DNA of 21,647 nucleotides from Bacillota bacterium (lineage in GTDB: Bacteria > Bacillota > Sulfobacillia > Symbiobacteriales > ZC4RG38). The notes under the pieces are model-generated. The model did not search any database, had not been told where the DNA came from, and saw only the letters and a list, made by a program, of their open reading frames with translations. The position numbers were made by a program, and so were the translations under genes. The stretch is taken from the NCBI GenBank assembly GCA_021890795.1, contig JAKKUO010000046.1:1-21647 (forward strand), read 5' to 3'. Below are positions 1 through 7,318 of this stretch, piece by piece; within the stretch, counting starts at the first letter, position 1; the number at the start of each line of letters is the position of its first letter.

Positions 1-938
1 GCCTCCTCGTCGCCGGCGGTCTGCTCGTCCTCAGCAGGCTCCTCGTCCTCGGTAGCCTCCTCGTCGTCCACGGCTTCCTCTTCCCCCGTGGCCTCTTCGC
101 CCTCGGTGACCTCGTCGTCGACTGCGCCGCCGATGACGATCACTGCACCGGTCTCGGGATCGTAGTCCACCAGCGCCCCGAGAGCCTCAGCCACGAAGCG
201 GAGCGGGACGTAGGTGCTGCCCCCCACCACGTCAGCCGGAACCTCCAGCACCGCCGGCTGGCCGTTGACCAGTGCGGTGTTGGAGCCGACGGTCAACTGC
301 ACCGTGGTGTTGCCCAGCACCATGATCACGGTCCGGGACTCCGGGCGCCAGTCCACGGTGGCGCCGAGCAGCTCCGCCAGGCGGCGGAAGGGCACCAGGG
401 TCCGGCCGCCCCGGACCAGCGGGGTGAAGTTCACCCGGTGGCCGTTGACGAAGACCAGGTAGGTTCCCTTCTCCCCTTGGGCCCGGAGCCGGCGGGCTTC
501 CTCCCGCATCCGGAGGCGCATCTCCTCCCGGCGCTGCTGCACCAGCCGTTGCCGCTCAGCCAGCGCTTCACGGCGCTCCTCTGCCCGATCCCGAATCTCC
601 TCCCGGCGGTCGGTGCCATCCTCCGCACGATCCCGGATGTCCTCCCGGCGGTCGAACCGATCCTCCGCCCGGTCCCGGGCGTCCTCCCGGCGGTCAAGCC
701 GGTCCTCTATCCGGTCCCGGACGTCCTCCCGACGGTCAAGCCGGTCCTCCACCCGGTCCCGGACCTCCTCCCGGCGGTCCGGCTGGCCGAACCCCCGACC
801 GGGAGGCACCTGCCCCTGGCGTCCCTGAGTTGCCCGGGGCACGTCGGCCGCCGCCGGCGCCGCCAGGGCCGGCCCACCGGCGGAAAATACGACGGTCAGC
901 GCCGTCAGTAGCGCCATGGTTCGCTGCAGCGTCGTCAT
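1..938 (-). CDS. Secreted copper-amine-oxidase N-terminal ('stalk') domain protein; C-terminus truncated by the window edge. It has a signal peptide, a charged 14-aa tandem repeat region, and then the stalk domain.
   Basis: Minus-frame translation from ATG (rc of 936-938), preceded by SD GGGAGGAG at 7-nt spacing. N-terminal signal peptide MTTLQRTMALLTALTVVFSAGGPALAAPAAA. Five repeats of DRREDxRDRxEDRL. Then VNGHRVNFTPLVRGGRTLVPFRRLAELLGATVDW...GSTYVPLRFVAEALGALVDYD, which is typical of the Cu_amine_oxidN1 stalk domain of Firmicutes cell-wall proteins. Acidic D/E tail runs to the window edge. No stop codon before position 1. Confidence 0.7.
   Translation of the reverse strand, partial: MTTLQRTMALLTALTVVFSAGGPALAAPAAADVPRATQGRQGQVPPGRGFGQPDRREEVRDRVEDRLDRREDVRDRIEDRLDRREDARDRAEDRFDRREDIRDRAEDGTDRREEIRDRAEERREALAERQRLVQQRREEMRLRMREEARRLRAQGEKGTYLVFVNGHRVNFTPLVRGGRTLVPFRRLAELLGATVDWRPESRTVIMVLGNTTVQLTVGSNTALVNGQPAVLEVPADVVGGSTYVPLRFVAEALGALVDYDPETGAVIVIGGAVDDEVTEGEEATGEEEAVDDEEATEDEEPAEDEQTAGDEE
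570..790 (-). repeat. Intragenic tandem repeat, about 5 copies of a 42-bp unit encoding the 14-aa unit D-RRED-x-RDR-x-EDRL.
   Basis: Direct repeats of tcctcccggcggtcNNNccgNtcctcNNNccggtcccggNNg are seen on the plus strand. The plus-strand ORFs 438..911 and 613..828 (LPAV.. / SSRRS.. repeats) are mirror artefacts of this repeat. Confidence 0.7.
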
Positions 939-1296
939 TCCACGTCTCCTCCCTTCGCGGGGGACAAGGCCTGGCATCGGTTTCCGTAGGCAAGATTCAC
1001 AGGGAGTCGTGGCCTTTGTGGGGGTTCTCCCCCCGTGGGGATCACCCCCGGTCCGAAGCCTGCCATGACCGGTGGTTCCTGGCTGATATGGATATTTCGC
1101 TACAAGAACTGACATTTCCTCCCTCTGCGCACGGCCCCAGCCCCACACCTGCCGTTCTGCCCGGCACCTGCCGTCCTGAGGTTCGCTGATGGCAAGCGCA
1201 CAAACCATTGCTATCAGAATCGATCGTCATTCACGAACGGTCTTGCCGGCTGCTGCATCTACATCAACGAGACCATTACGACCAGGAGGTGTGCCG

Positions 1297-2997
1297 GTGG
1301 ACGGACTGTGGCTCACGGTGGTCACCCCGCTGATCCTCCTGCTGGTCCTGTTCCTGGCTCTGGCCAGGGTCGCCAGCTGGTACAAGCGGGTGCCGCCCAA
1401 CAAGTTCATGATCGTCTTCGGCAAGGGGCAGCGGGGCACGGGCGGCGGCGAGATCGTCACCAGCGGCGGCCGGATCGTCTGGCCGATCATCAACGAAGCC
1501 GCCTTCATGGAATTCAAGCTCTACAACCTGCCGGTGCGGGTGGAGCGGGTGCCCACCAAGAACCTGGTGCCCCTCACCGTCGACGCGGTGGTCCAGGTGC
1601 GGATCAAGAACGAGGAGTCCGCCATGCGGGCGGCGGCCAACCTCTTCCTGGGCCGGGAGGACGAGATCGCCAGCACGGTCCAGCAGGTCCTGGAGGGCAA
1701 GCTCCGGGAGATCCTGGCCACCATGGACGTGGAGGAGGTCAACCAGAACCGGGAACTCTTCGCCAGCCAGGTCCAGGAGGTGGCGGTCCAGGCCCTGGCC
1801 CCCATGGGGCTGGGGATCGTCAACTTCTCCATCCGGGAGATCGTCGACCACGACCACTACCTGGAGAACCTCGCCGCCCGGCGGGTGGCGGAGGTGAACC
1901 GGGATGCGCAGATCGCCCAGGCGGAGGCGGCCAAGGAGGCAGCGGTGAAATCCGCCCTGGCCCAGCAGGAGGCGGAGGTCGCCAAGGCTCTGGCCGAGTC
2001 CCGGATCGCCGAAGCCCAGAAGGAACGGGACATCAAGGCCGCGGCCTTCAAGCGGGAGACGGAGGTCGCCCGGGCCGAGGCGGAGATCGCCTACTCCCAG
2101 CGGCAGGCGGTGCTGGAGCAGGACCTGGCCCGGGAGAAGAAGAAGGTCGAGCTGGTCGAGACCGAGGCGGACATCCAGATCGCCGCCCGGCGGGTGGAGG
2201 CCCAGGAGCGGCTCCTGGAGGCGGAGGTCCGCAAGCCCGCAGAGGCCCGGCGGTACCAGACGGAGCAGGAGGCCGAGGCGGCCAAGTACGCCACCATCGC
2301 CCGGGCCCAGGCGGAGAAGGAGCAGGAGATCGCCCGGGCCGAGGCCCACGCCATCGCGATGGAGCGGAAAGGAAAGGCCGAAGCCGAGGCCCTCCGGGCG
2401 ACGCAGCTTGCGGAGGCGGAGGTCCAGAAGGCCAGGATGCTGGCGGAGGCCGAGGGCATCCGGGCCAAGCTCCTGGCCGAGGCGGAGGGGATCCGGGCCA
2501 AGGGCCTGGCGGAGGCAGAAGCCCTGCGGATGGCGGGCCTGGCGAAAGCCGAGGCTCTGGAGAAGGAGGCCGAGGCCCTGGCCAAGATGAACGAGGCGGG
2601 CAAGCTCCAGATGGTGGTGAACGTCCTGCCCGAGGTGGCCCGGGCCCTGGCGGAGCCTCTCTCCCGGGTGGAGCGGATCGTGCTCATCAGCGGCGGGGAC
2701 GGCAAGGGGGGCGTAGGCATCGGCGCCCTCTTCGGCGAGGTGGCCCGGATGCTCCCCCAGATCCAGGAGACCCTCAAGGCCACCACCGGGGTGGACCTCC
2801 TGGGGACCCTGGAGCAGAGGCTGCAGGTAGTCCGGGAAGGGCCGGCCCCGGCGGAGAGCGGCACTCCGGTACCGGCGTCGTTCGGCGCCCCAGAGGGTGG
2901 GGACGGCGACGCTCCGGCCCTGGCAGAGGGCGGCGCCCCAGGGCGCGGGGGCAGCGCCCTGGCGCCGGCGGAGACCCCGGCCCGGGAGGAGGCGTGA
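1297..2997 (+). CDS. floT: Flotillin (SPFH/band-7 family; FloT/YuaG-like) membrane scaffold protein.
   Basis: N-terminal TM helix (LWLTVVTPLILLLVLFLALA), then an SPFH domain and a long Ala/Glu-rich coiled-coil region (EAxxAxAEAE repeats). It is collinear with B. subtilis FloT, e.g. the VNFSIREIVDHDHYLENL and IARAQAEKEQEIARAEA blocks. The ORF is open from 1189. The GTG at 1297 has AGGAGG 7 nt upstream and gives the typical short N-terminus; ATG 1189 is the alternative start. Confidence 0.8.
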   Translation: MDGLWLTVVTPLILLLVLFLALARVASWYKRVPPNKFMIVFGKGQRGTGGGEIVTSGGRIVWPIINEAAFMEFKLYNLPVRVERVPTKNLVPLTVDAVVQVRIKNEESAMRAAANLFLGREDEIASTVQQVLEGKLREILATMDVEEVNQNRELFASQVQEVAVQALAPMGLGIVNFSIREIVDHDHYLENLAARRVAEVNRDAQIAQAEAAKEAAVKSALAQQEAEVAKALAESRIAEAQKERDIKAAAFKRETEVARAEAEIAYSQRQAVLEQDLAREKKKVELVETEADIQIAARRVEAQERLLEAEVRKPAEARRYQTEQEAEAAKYATIARAQAEKEQEIARAEAHAIAMERKGKAEAEALRATQLAEAEVQKARMLAEAEGIRAKLLAEAEGIRAKGLAEAEALRMAGLAKAEALEKEAEALAKMNEAGKLQMVVNVLPEVARALAEPLSRVERIVLISGGDGKGGVGIGALFGEVARMLPQIQETLKATTGVDLLGTLEQRLQVVREGPAPAESGTPVPASFGAPEGGDGDAPALAEGGAPGRGGSALAPAETPAREEA

Positions 2998-3000
2998 CCC

Positions 3001-3558
3001 ATGGCCCCGGCCCTCTGGGTCTACATCCCGGCCATGGTCCTGGGCCTCGGCTGGCTGCTCCTGCAGAACTTCGCCGACGCTGACGGCGACCACCATCCCG
3101 GTGCCGACCACCATCCCGATGCCGGCGACCACCCTGAGGCGGGGCACGGAGGCACCTACATCTCGCCCCTCAAACCCGTGGTCCTCGCCACGACCCTGGC
3201 GATCTTCGGCGCCAGCGGGAGCCTCCTCACCTGGGCCGGGGCGCTCCAGCCGGTGCTGGTGGCCCTGGTCGCGGTGGTCCTGGCCCTGCTGGCGGGCTGG
3301 CTGGTCTTTCGGGTCCTGGTCTTCCTCGCCCGGGCTCAGTCCAGCGCCACTGAGGCCGCGGCGGAGTTCGTGGGTCTCGAGGGGGAACTGACCGTCGGCT
3401 GTTCGGACCGGAGCCTGGGCGAGGTGGTCTTTGACACGGGCCGATCGATCCAGCAGTTCAGTGCCAGGCCCTACCGCCCCGGGGAGACCCTGCCCCGGGG
3501 GACGCGGGTGGTAATCCGACGGATCGCGGGAAACGTCGCGTACGTGGAGCGGCGGTGA
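3001..3558 (+). CDS. NfeD-family membrane protein (YuaF-like flotillin partner). It has two TM segments and a C-terminal OB-fold beta-barrel.
   Basis: The ATG lies 3 nt after the floT stop (tga ccc atg), suggesting translational coupling. Hydrophobic N-terminal segments are followed by a C-terminal GEVVFDTGRSIQQFSARPYRPGETLPRGTRVVIRRIAGNVAYVE segment typical of NfeD OB-fold domains. floT-nfeD pairing is conserved (yuaF-floT in B. subtilis). It has an unusual His-rich (G/A)DHHP x3 loop. Confidence 0.7.
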   Translation: MAPALWVYIPAMVLGLGWLLLQNFADADGDHHPGADHHPDAGDHPEAGHGGTYISPLKPVVLATTLAIFGASGSLLTWAGALQPVLVALVAVVLALLAGWLVFRVLVFLARAQSSATEAAAEFVGLEGELTVGCSDRSLGEVVFDTGRSIQQFSARPYRPGETLPRGTRVVIRRIAGNVAYVERR

Positions 3559-3579
3559 CCGGCGGCTCCCAGCCGCCGG
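3559..3579 (+). terminator. GC-rich stem-loop (9-bp stem, 3-nt loop; ccggcggct ccc agccgccgg) immediately after the nfeD stop. Possibly a weak terminator or processing hairpin, since there is no real U-tract.
   Basis: Perfect inverted repeat read directly. It is followed by ttgacg.. (only 2 U), so termination efficiency is doubtful. Confidence 0.35.
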
Positions 3580-3626
3580 TTGACGCTTCCCTCCCCTGCC
3601 GATACAATTGAATCGTAACTTTACGA
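3580..3626 (+). promoter_or_regulatory. sigmaA-type promoter of the zur-lgt operon with a Zur-box-like operator overlapping the transcription start. Promoter: TTGACG, 17-nt spacer, TACAAT. Operator: TCGTAAC-TTTACGA at 3613-3626.
   Basis: -35 TTGACG at 3580-3585, 17-nt spacer, -10 TACAAT at 3603-3608. The palindrome tcgtaa ct ttacga resembles the Firmicutes Zur box TCGTAATnATTACGA. It sits between the -10 and the zur start. Confidence 0.5.
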
Positions 3627-3632
3627 ATTAGG

Positions 3633-4067
3633 ATGGTGCCCCTGTTGAGCCTGGATGCCATCGTTGCAGCGGTAAAGGCCCGGGGCCTCAAGATCACCCC
3701 CCAGCGGCTGGAGATCCTCCGGGTCCTGGCCGCGGCGGAGGAGCCCCTCACAGCGCAGGAGATCCTGCGGGCCGTCCGGGCCACCCAGCCCCAGGTAAGC
3801 CTGGACACCATCTACCGGAACCTGGCCCTGCTCACCGAACAGGGACTGATCGGCCAGGTCAACCTGCAGAACCGGGAGAGCGCCCGGTACGAGCTGCAGT
3901 CCGAAGGCCGGCACCACCACCACATGGTCTGCCTGGGCTGCGGCAAGAGCTTCTGCGTGGAACTCTGCCCCTCGGCCCTGACCACCGTCCGGCCCCGGGA
4001 GGACCCGGGCTTCAAGGTGGTCGGGCACGCCTTTGAGGTCTACGGCTACTGCAGCAACTGCCAGTAA
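3633..4067 (+). CDS. zur: Fur-family zinc uptake regulator Zur.
   Basis: Collinear with B. subtilis Zur: VSLDTIYRNLALLTEQGLI; HHHH-MVCLGCGKSFCVELCP (His cluster plus CxxC) and GHAFEVYGYCSNC (second CxxC). The Zur-specific ESCP/ELCP and GHxFE(I/V)YG motifs distinguish it from Fur and PerR. The ATG at 3633 abuts the SD; TTG at 3645 (in frame, 6 nt after AGGATGGTG) is the more plausible start. Confidence 0.8.
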   Translation: MVPLLSLDAIVAAVKARGLKITPQRLEILRVLAAAEEPLTAQEILRAVRATQPQVSLDTIYRNLALLTEQGLIGQVNLQNRESARYELQSEGRHHHHMVCLGCGKSFCVELCPSALTTVRPREDPGFKVVGHAFEVYGYCSNCQ

Positions 4068-4078
4068 CGGAGGTCGCC

Positions 4079-4876
4079 GTGGTGAACTTTCTGGTGATCG
4101 ATCCCGTCGCGGTGCACTTGGGACCTCTAGAGATCCGCTGGTACGGGATCATCGTGGTCAGCGCCATCCTCGCCGCCGTCGGGCTGGCCAGCCGGCTCGC
4201 CGCCCGCCGGGGGCTCGACCCGGAGTTCGTGCCGGACCTGGCCCTGTGGGCGGTACCGGCGGGGGTAATCGGCGCCCGGCTGTACGAGGTCTTCGTCCTG
4301 CAGTGGCCGTACTATCGCGCACACCTATGGGAGATCCCCATGATCTGGCACGGCGGCCTGGCGATCCACGGCGGGGTCCTGGGGGGCGTCCTGGTGGGCC
4401 TCTGGTACGCCCGGCGCCGGGGGCAGCCCTTCCTGCCCTGGGCGGACGTCGCGGCGCCGGGGCTGCTGCTCGCCCAGGCCATCGGCCGGTGGGGCAACTT
4501 TTTCAACCAGGAGGCCTACGGCGTCGCCACCACCCCGGAGTTCATGAGCCGGTTCCCCGCCTGGTTCCGGGAGCAGATGTTCATCGACGGCGCCTACCGG
4601 CACCCGACCTTCCTCTACGAAAGCCTCTGGAACCTTTTGGGCGCCGGGCTCCTGCTCCTCTTCTTCCGGAGACGGCCGCCGGCGGGAAGCGTCTTCTTCG
4701 CCTACCTGGTGGTCTACAACGTCGGCCGGTTCCTCATCGAAGGGATCCGGATGGACAGCACTTTCTTCGCCGGGGGCCTCCGGGTCGCCCAGGTGGTGGC
4801 CGCGGCCCTGGTCCTCCTCGGGCTGGCGGGCCTCATCTGGCGCCGGGGCTGGACCCGGGAGCAGCCGGAAGGGTAG
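4079..4876 (+). CDS. lgt: Prolipoprotein diacylglyceryl transferase Lgt.
   Basis: GTG start 5 nt after GGAGG and 11 nt after the zur stop. Multi-TM protein with the Lgt signature GRWGNFFNQEAYG and conserved Y..H.P..YE motifs. Length 265 aa. Confidence 0.9.
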   Translation: MVNFLVIDPVAVHLGPLEIRWYGIIVVSAILAAVGLASRLAARRGLDPEFVPDLALWAVPAGVIGARLYEVFVLQWPYYRAHLWEIPMIWHGGLAIHGGVLGGVLVGLWYARRRGQPFLPWADVAAPGLLLAQAIGRWGNFFNQEAYGVATTPEFMSRFPAWFREQMFIDGAYRHPTFLYESLWNLLGAGLLLLFFRRRPPAGSVFFAYLVVYNVGRFLIEGIRMDSTFFAGGLRVAQVVAAALVLLGLAGLIWRRGWTREQPEG

Positions 4877-4954
4877 CGGCCGGGGGCTGAACCCGGCAGC
4901 GGCCTGAGCAGCCGGAAGGGTAACGAAGAGTAGCGAGAAGGGTAACGAACAGAC

Positions 4955-4995
4955 AGCGGCTCCCACCCGCAAAGGCGGGTGGGAGCCGCTTTTAT
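4955..4995. terminator. Strong rho-independent terminator, probably bidirectional (lgt on plus, hemZ on minus).
   Basis: agcggctcccacccgc aaa ggcgggtgggagccgct followed by tttta. This is a 16-bp perfect stem with a 3-nt loop. On the minus strand the same hairpin is followed by tgtctgtt, 68 nt after the hemZ stop. Confidence 0.8.
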
Positions 4996-5062
4996 CCTGC
5001 GCCGCGCTCCTTTTCCTGCGCCGGCTCTTGCGCCGGCTTCCTTTCTCTTGCGCCGGCCTCCC

Positions 5063-6733
5063 TCAAAACCCTGTCTCCGTCCCCACCGGCGGCCGGGGCG
5101 CCGGGGCGGGGGTCTCGCCACCGAAGAGAAGCCGCAGGTGCTGGACCTTCTGCCAGGCCAGCTCCTCCACCCGGGCGATGTAGGTCCCCGGGTGGCTCGG
5201 GTTCTCGGGGGCCTTCAGCAGCCAGTTGGCCGGGGCGTAGAACCACGCGGAGGTAGCCCCGGCCCCCAGGCCGATGACCGTTTGCCGGCGCTCCATCATC
5301 TGGATGTTGTAGATGCTCTCGGTGCCGGGGCGGGCGTAGCCCACGTTCTCCAGGCTTCCCACCATGTACTTCTGCCGGTAGAGGTAGTAGGGGTGCTGCC
5401 CCAGGCTCCGGGCGGTGGCCGCGGCCTCTGCCACCAGAGCCTCCGCCTCCTGGGGGGTGAGGCGCCGGAGCACCTCGGGCCCGGCCCCTTCCCCGTGGAG
5501 CCGGGAGCCGCGCTTGACCGCCAGGGTGTGGACCGTCAGGTTGTCCGGCGCCAGCCGGCGCATGTCCGCCAGGGTCTGGGCCACCTCCGCCGGCCCCTCG
5601 CCGGGCAGACCGATGATGATGTCGCAGTTGACCACAAAGGGGTGGGGGTGCCGGCGGACCAGGTCGTAGGCCCGGTAGAACTTCTCCACCGTGTGGATCC
5701 GCCCCAGGTGGCGCAGGGTCGCCTGGACGGTAGTCTGGGGGTTGACGCTCACCCGGGTGACCCCGTGGGCCGCCATCGCGTCGAGCTTGAACCGGTTGAA
5801 GGTCTCCGGCCGCCCCCCCTCGACGGTGTACTCCCGGGGCCGCTGCCCCCGGAGGAGGGCCCGGTCGATCTGCTCCAGCAGCCCGGCGAAGTCCCGGTCC
5901 GGCGGGCTGGTGGGGGTGCCGCCCCCCAGGTAGAGGCTCTCGATCCGGAGGCCCAGCTCCGCCACCGCGGCGCCGATGATCTCCAGCTCCCGGTGGAGGG
6001 CGGCGAGGAAGTGGGGCAGCTCCCCCCGGTGCTCCTGGAGGGGGTAGATGGAGAAGGAGCAGAAAGAGCAGATGGTGGGGCAATAAGGGATGCCGATGTA
6101 GACCGAGATCGCCCGGGGGTCGTACCGCTCCGGATCCCCGGCCCCGTGGCGGAGGAAGGGTCGCTGCCGGGCCGCCACCTCTGTCACCAGGTCGATCTTG
6201 TCCGGCCGCACCCGGTACTCCTCGGCCAGGTACCGGCGTACCTCCTCCATGGGGAGCCCCCGGTCCAGGAGGTCGTGGACCAGCTTGGTGGGCCGCACCC
6301 CGGTGAGGATGCCCCACCCCGGGGCGATCCCCGTCAGGCCCCCGAGGACTGCCAGCATCAGCCGCCGGGCAGCCCGGCGGAGCCGGTGGTCGTACTGCCG
6401 GGGGCTCCAGTCGGGCTGCCCGGCGACCATCTCTTCCTGTGCCTCCCGGCGGCCGTCGGGAGCCGCGGCCTCCACCCGCACCCGCCAGCGGATCGGCCGG
6501 GGCTCGGCCGCCGTCCCGGGCATCTCATCGGGCCCTGCATCCGCGGGCAGGGCCGTCACCGTCACCTGCCAGGCCGGGCCGGAGGCGGCAGCCGAGGCGG
6601 CGGCGTCCGCGGGGGCGTCGGGCAGGTCGATGGCCAGCTCGCCGCCGGGGAAGAAGACCTGCCCCAGCTGCTGCAGATCCGGGGCGAAGATCGGGCTGTT
6701 GGCCTGGAGCCTTGCAACCACGGGCATGGGCAA
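5063..6733 (-). CDS. hemZ: Oxygen-independent coproporphyrinogen-III oxidase-like radical SAM protein HemZ.
   Basis: Radical-SAM CxxxCxxC (CPTICSFC). Blocks match B. subtilis HemZ: PGWGILTGVRPTKL, ISVYIGIPYCPT, LYLGGGTPTS, YYLYRQKYMVGSLENVGYARPGTESIYNIQMMERRQTVIGLGAGATS. It has a HemZ-type N-terminal extension. ATG at 6733 with GGAGGG 6 nt upstream. Confidence 0.85.
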   Translation of the reverse strand: MPMPVVARLQANSPIFAPDLQQLGQVFFPGGELAIDLPDAPADAAASAAASGPAWQVTVTALPADAGPDEMPGTAAEPRPIRWRVRVEAAAPDGRREAQEEMVAGQPDWSPRQYDHRLRRAARRLMLAVLGGLTGIAPGWGILTGVRPTKLVHDLLDRGLPMEEVRRYLAEEYRVRPDKIDLVTEVAARQRPFLRHGAGDPERYDPRAISVYIGIPYCPTICSFCSFSIYPLQEHRGELPHFLAALHRELEIIGAAVAELGLRIESLYLGGGTPTSPPDRDFAGLLEQIDRALLRGQRPREYTVEGGRPETFNRFKLDAMAAHGVTRVSVNPQTTVQATLRHLGRIHTVEKFYRAYDLVRRHPHPFVVNCDIIIGLPGEGPAEVAQTLADMRRLAPDNLTVHTLAVKRGSRLHGEGAGPEVLRRLTPQEAEALVAEAAATARSLGQHPYYLYRQKYMVGSLENVGYARPGTESIYNIQMMERRQTVIGLGAGATSAWFYAPANWLLKAPENPSHPGTYIARVEELAWQKVQHLRLLFGGETPAPAPRPPVGTETGF

Positions 6734-6745
6734 CCCTCCACGCGC

Positions 6746-6770
6746 CTCTAGCCCTGCCGCGCCCCAGGCG
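6746..6770. other. GC hairpin in the marR-hemZ intergenic region (ccctgccgc gccccag gcggcaggg).
   Basis: 9-bp perfect inverted repeat with a 7-nt loop. No U-tract on either strand. Possibly an RNA structural or processing element, or a chance palindrome in GC-rich DNA. Confidence 0.3.
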
Positions 6771-6857
6771 GCAGGGCGGGATGCCGCCAGCCGTCGCGCC
6801 CGGGCGGTCAGCCCCGGGGCGCCCGGGCCGGCGCCTGGATCGCACGGTCAGAGGATC

Positions 6858-7286
6858 TTACAGATCGGTCCGGGCCCGTTCAAGGAGGTTCGCCAGGGTC
6901 TGCAGCTCTTCATCGCTCAGGGGGGCGAAAACCTCCTGGAGCACCCGACGCCGCTCCTCCTCCGCGGCCCGGGCTGCCTGACGGCCGGCCTCGGTCAGCC
7001 GCACCCAGACCACCCGGCGGTCGGCCTGGTCCCGTTCCCGCTCCACCAGCTGGTTCCGGGCCATCCGGTCCACCAGCCCGGTGGCGGCGCTGAGGGTCAC
7101 CCCCAGGGTGGCGGCCACCTCGGAGATCTGCAAGGGGGACTCCTCGAGGGCCCGCAGGACCGCCCGCTGGCTCGGGGAGATCCCCGTCGCGCCGGCGTCC
7201 CGGGTCCGGATCAGCCTGAACAGCCGGGCCAGGCTCCGGTCAAGGCGCTCCAGTTCCTGCTCCCGGGTCGTGGGCTTGGTGGCCAT
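6858..7286 (-). CDS. MarR-family transcriptional regulator.
   Basis: 143 aa. Winged-helix region SPSQRAVLRALEESPLQISEVAATLGVTLSAATGLVDRMARNQLVERERDQADRRVVWVRLTEAG, with the DRR..L.LT..G signature of MarR. ATG at 7286 with AGGAGGGGGG upstream. The track ORF 6858..7844 is a GC-artefact extension. Confidence 0.8.
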   Translation of the reverse strand: MATKPTTREQELERLDRSLARLFRLIRTRDAGATGISPSQRAVLRALEESPLQISEVAATLGVTLSAATGLVDRMARNQLVERERDQADRRVVWVRLTEAGRQAARAAEEERRRVLQEVFAPLSDEELQTLANLLERARTDL

Positions 7287-7318
7287 CAGGATCCCCCCTC
7301 CTGGCAACGCTGCGACGC

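Noticed and set aside
438-911. Plus-strand ORF with LPAV/PVL repeats (157 aa) and ORF 613..828 with SSRRS repeats.
   Set aside because: These are mirror images of the 42-bp charged repeat of the minus-strand stalk-protein gene. The minus frame has a signal peptide, an SD and a recognisable domain.
1081-1102. TGGCTGATATGGATATTTCGCT, a sigma54-like TGGC...TTGC look-alike in an AT-rich patch.
   Set aside because: The GG and GC elements are not at the required 12-nt spacing. No enhancer-binding-protein gene is nearby.
1225-1237. TCGTCATTCACGA, a Zur/Fur-like partial palindrome upstream of floT.
   Set aside because: The TCGT..ACGA ends are 2 nt closer than in a 7-1-7 Zur box, and the inner bases do not form the AAT/ATT core. 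It is likely chance.
1189-1296. N-terminal 36-codon extension of the floT ORF from ATG 1189.
   Set aside because: There is no SD before 1189, whereas AGGAGG sits 7 nt before GTG 1297. The extension is Ser/Thr/Arg/Pro-rich and unlike flotillin N-termini. I kept it as an alternative start only.
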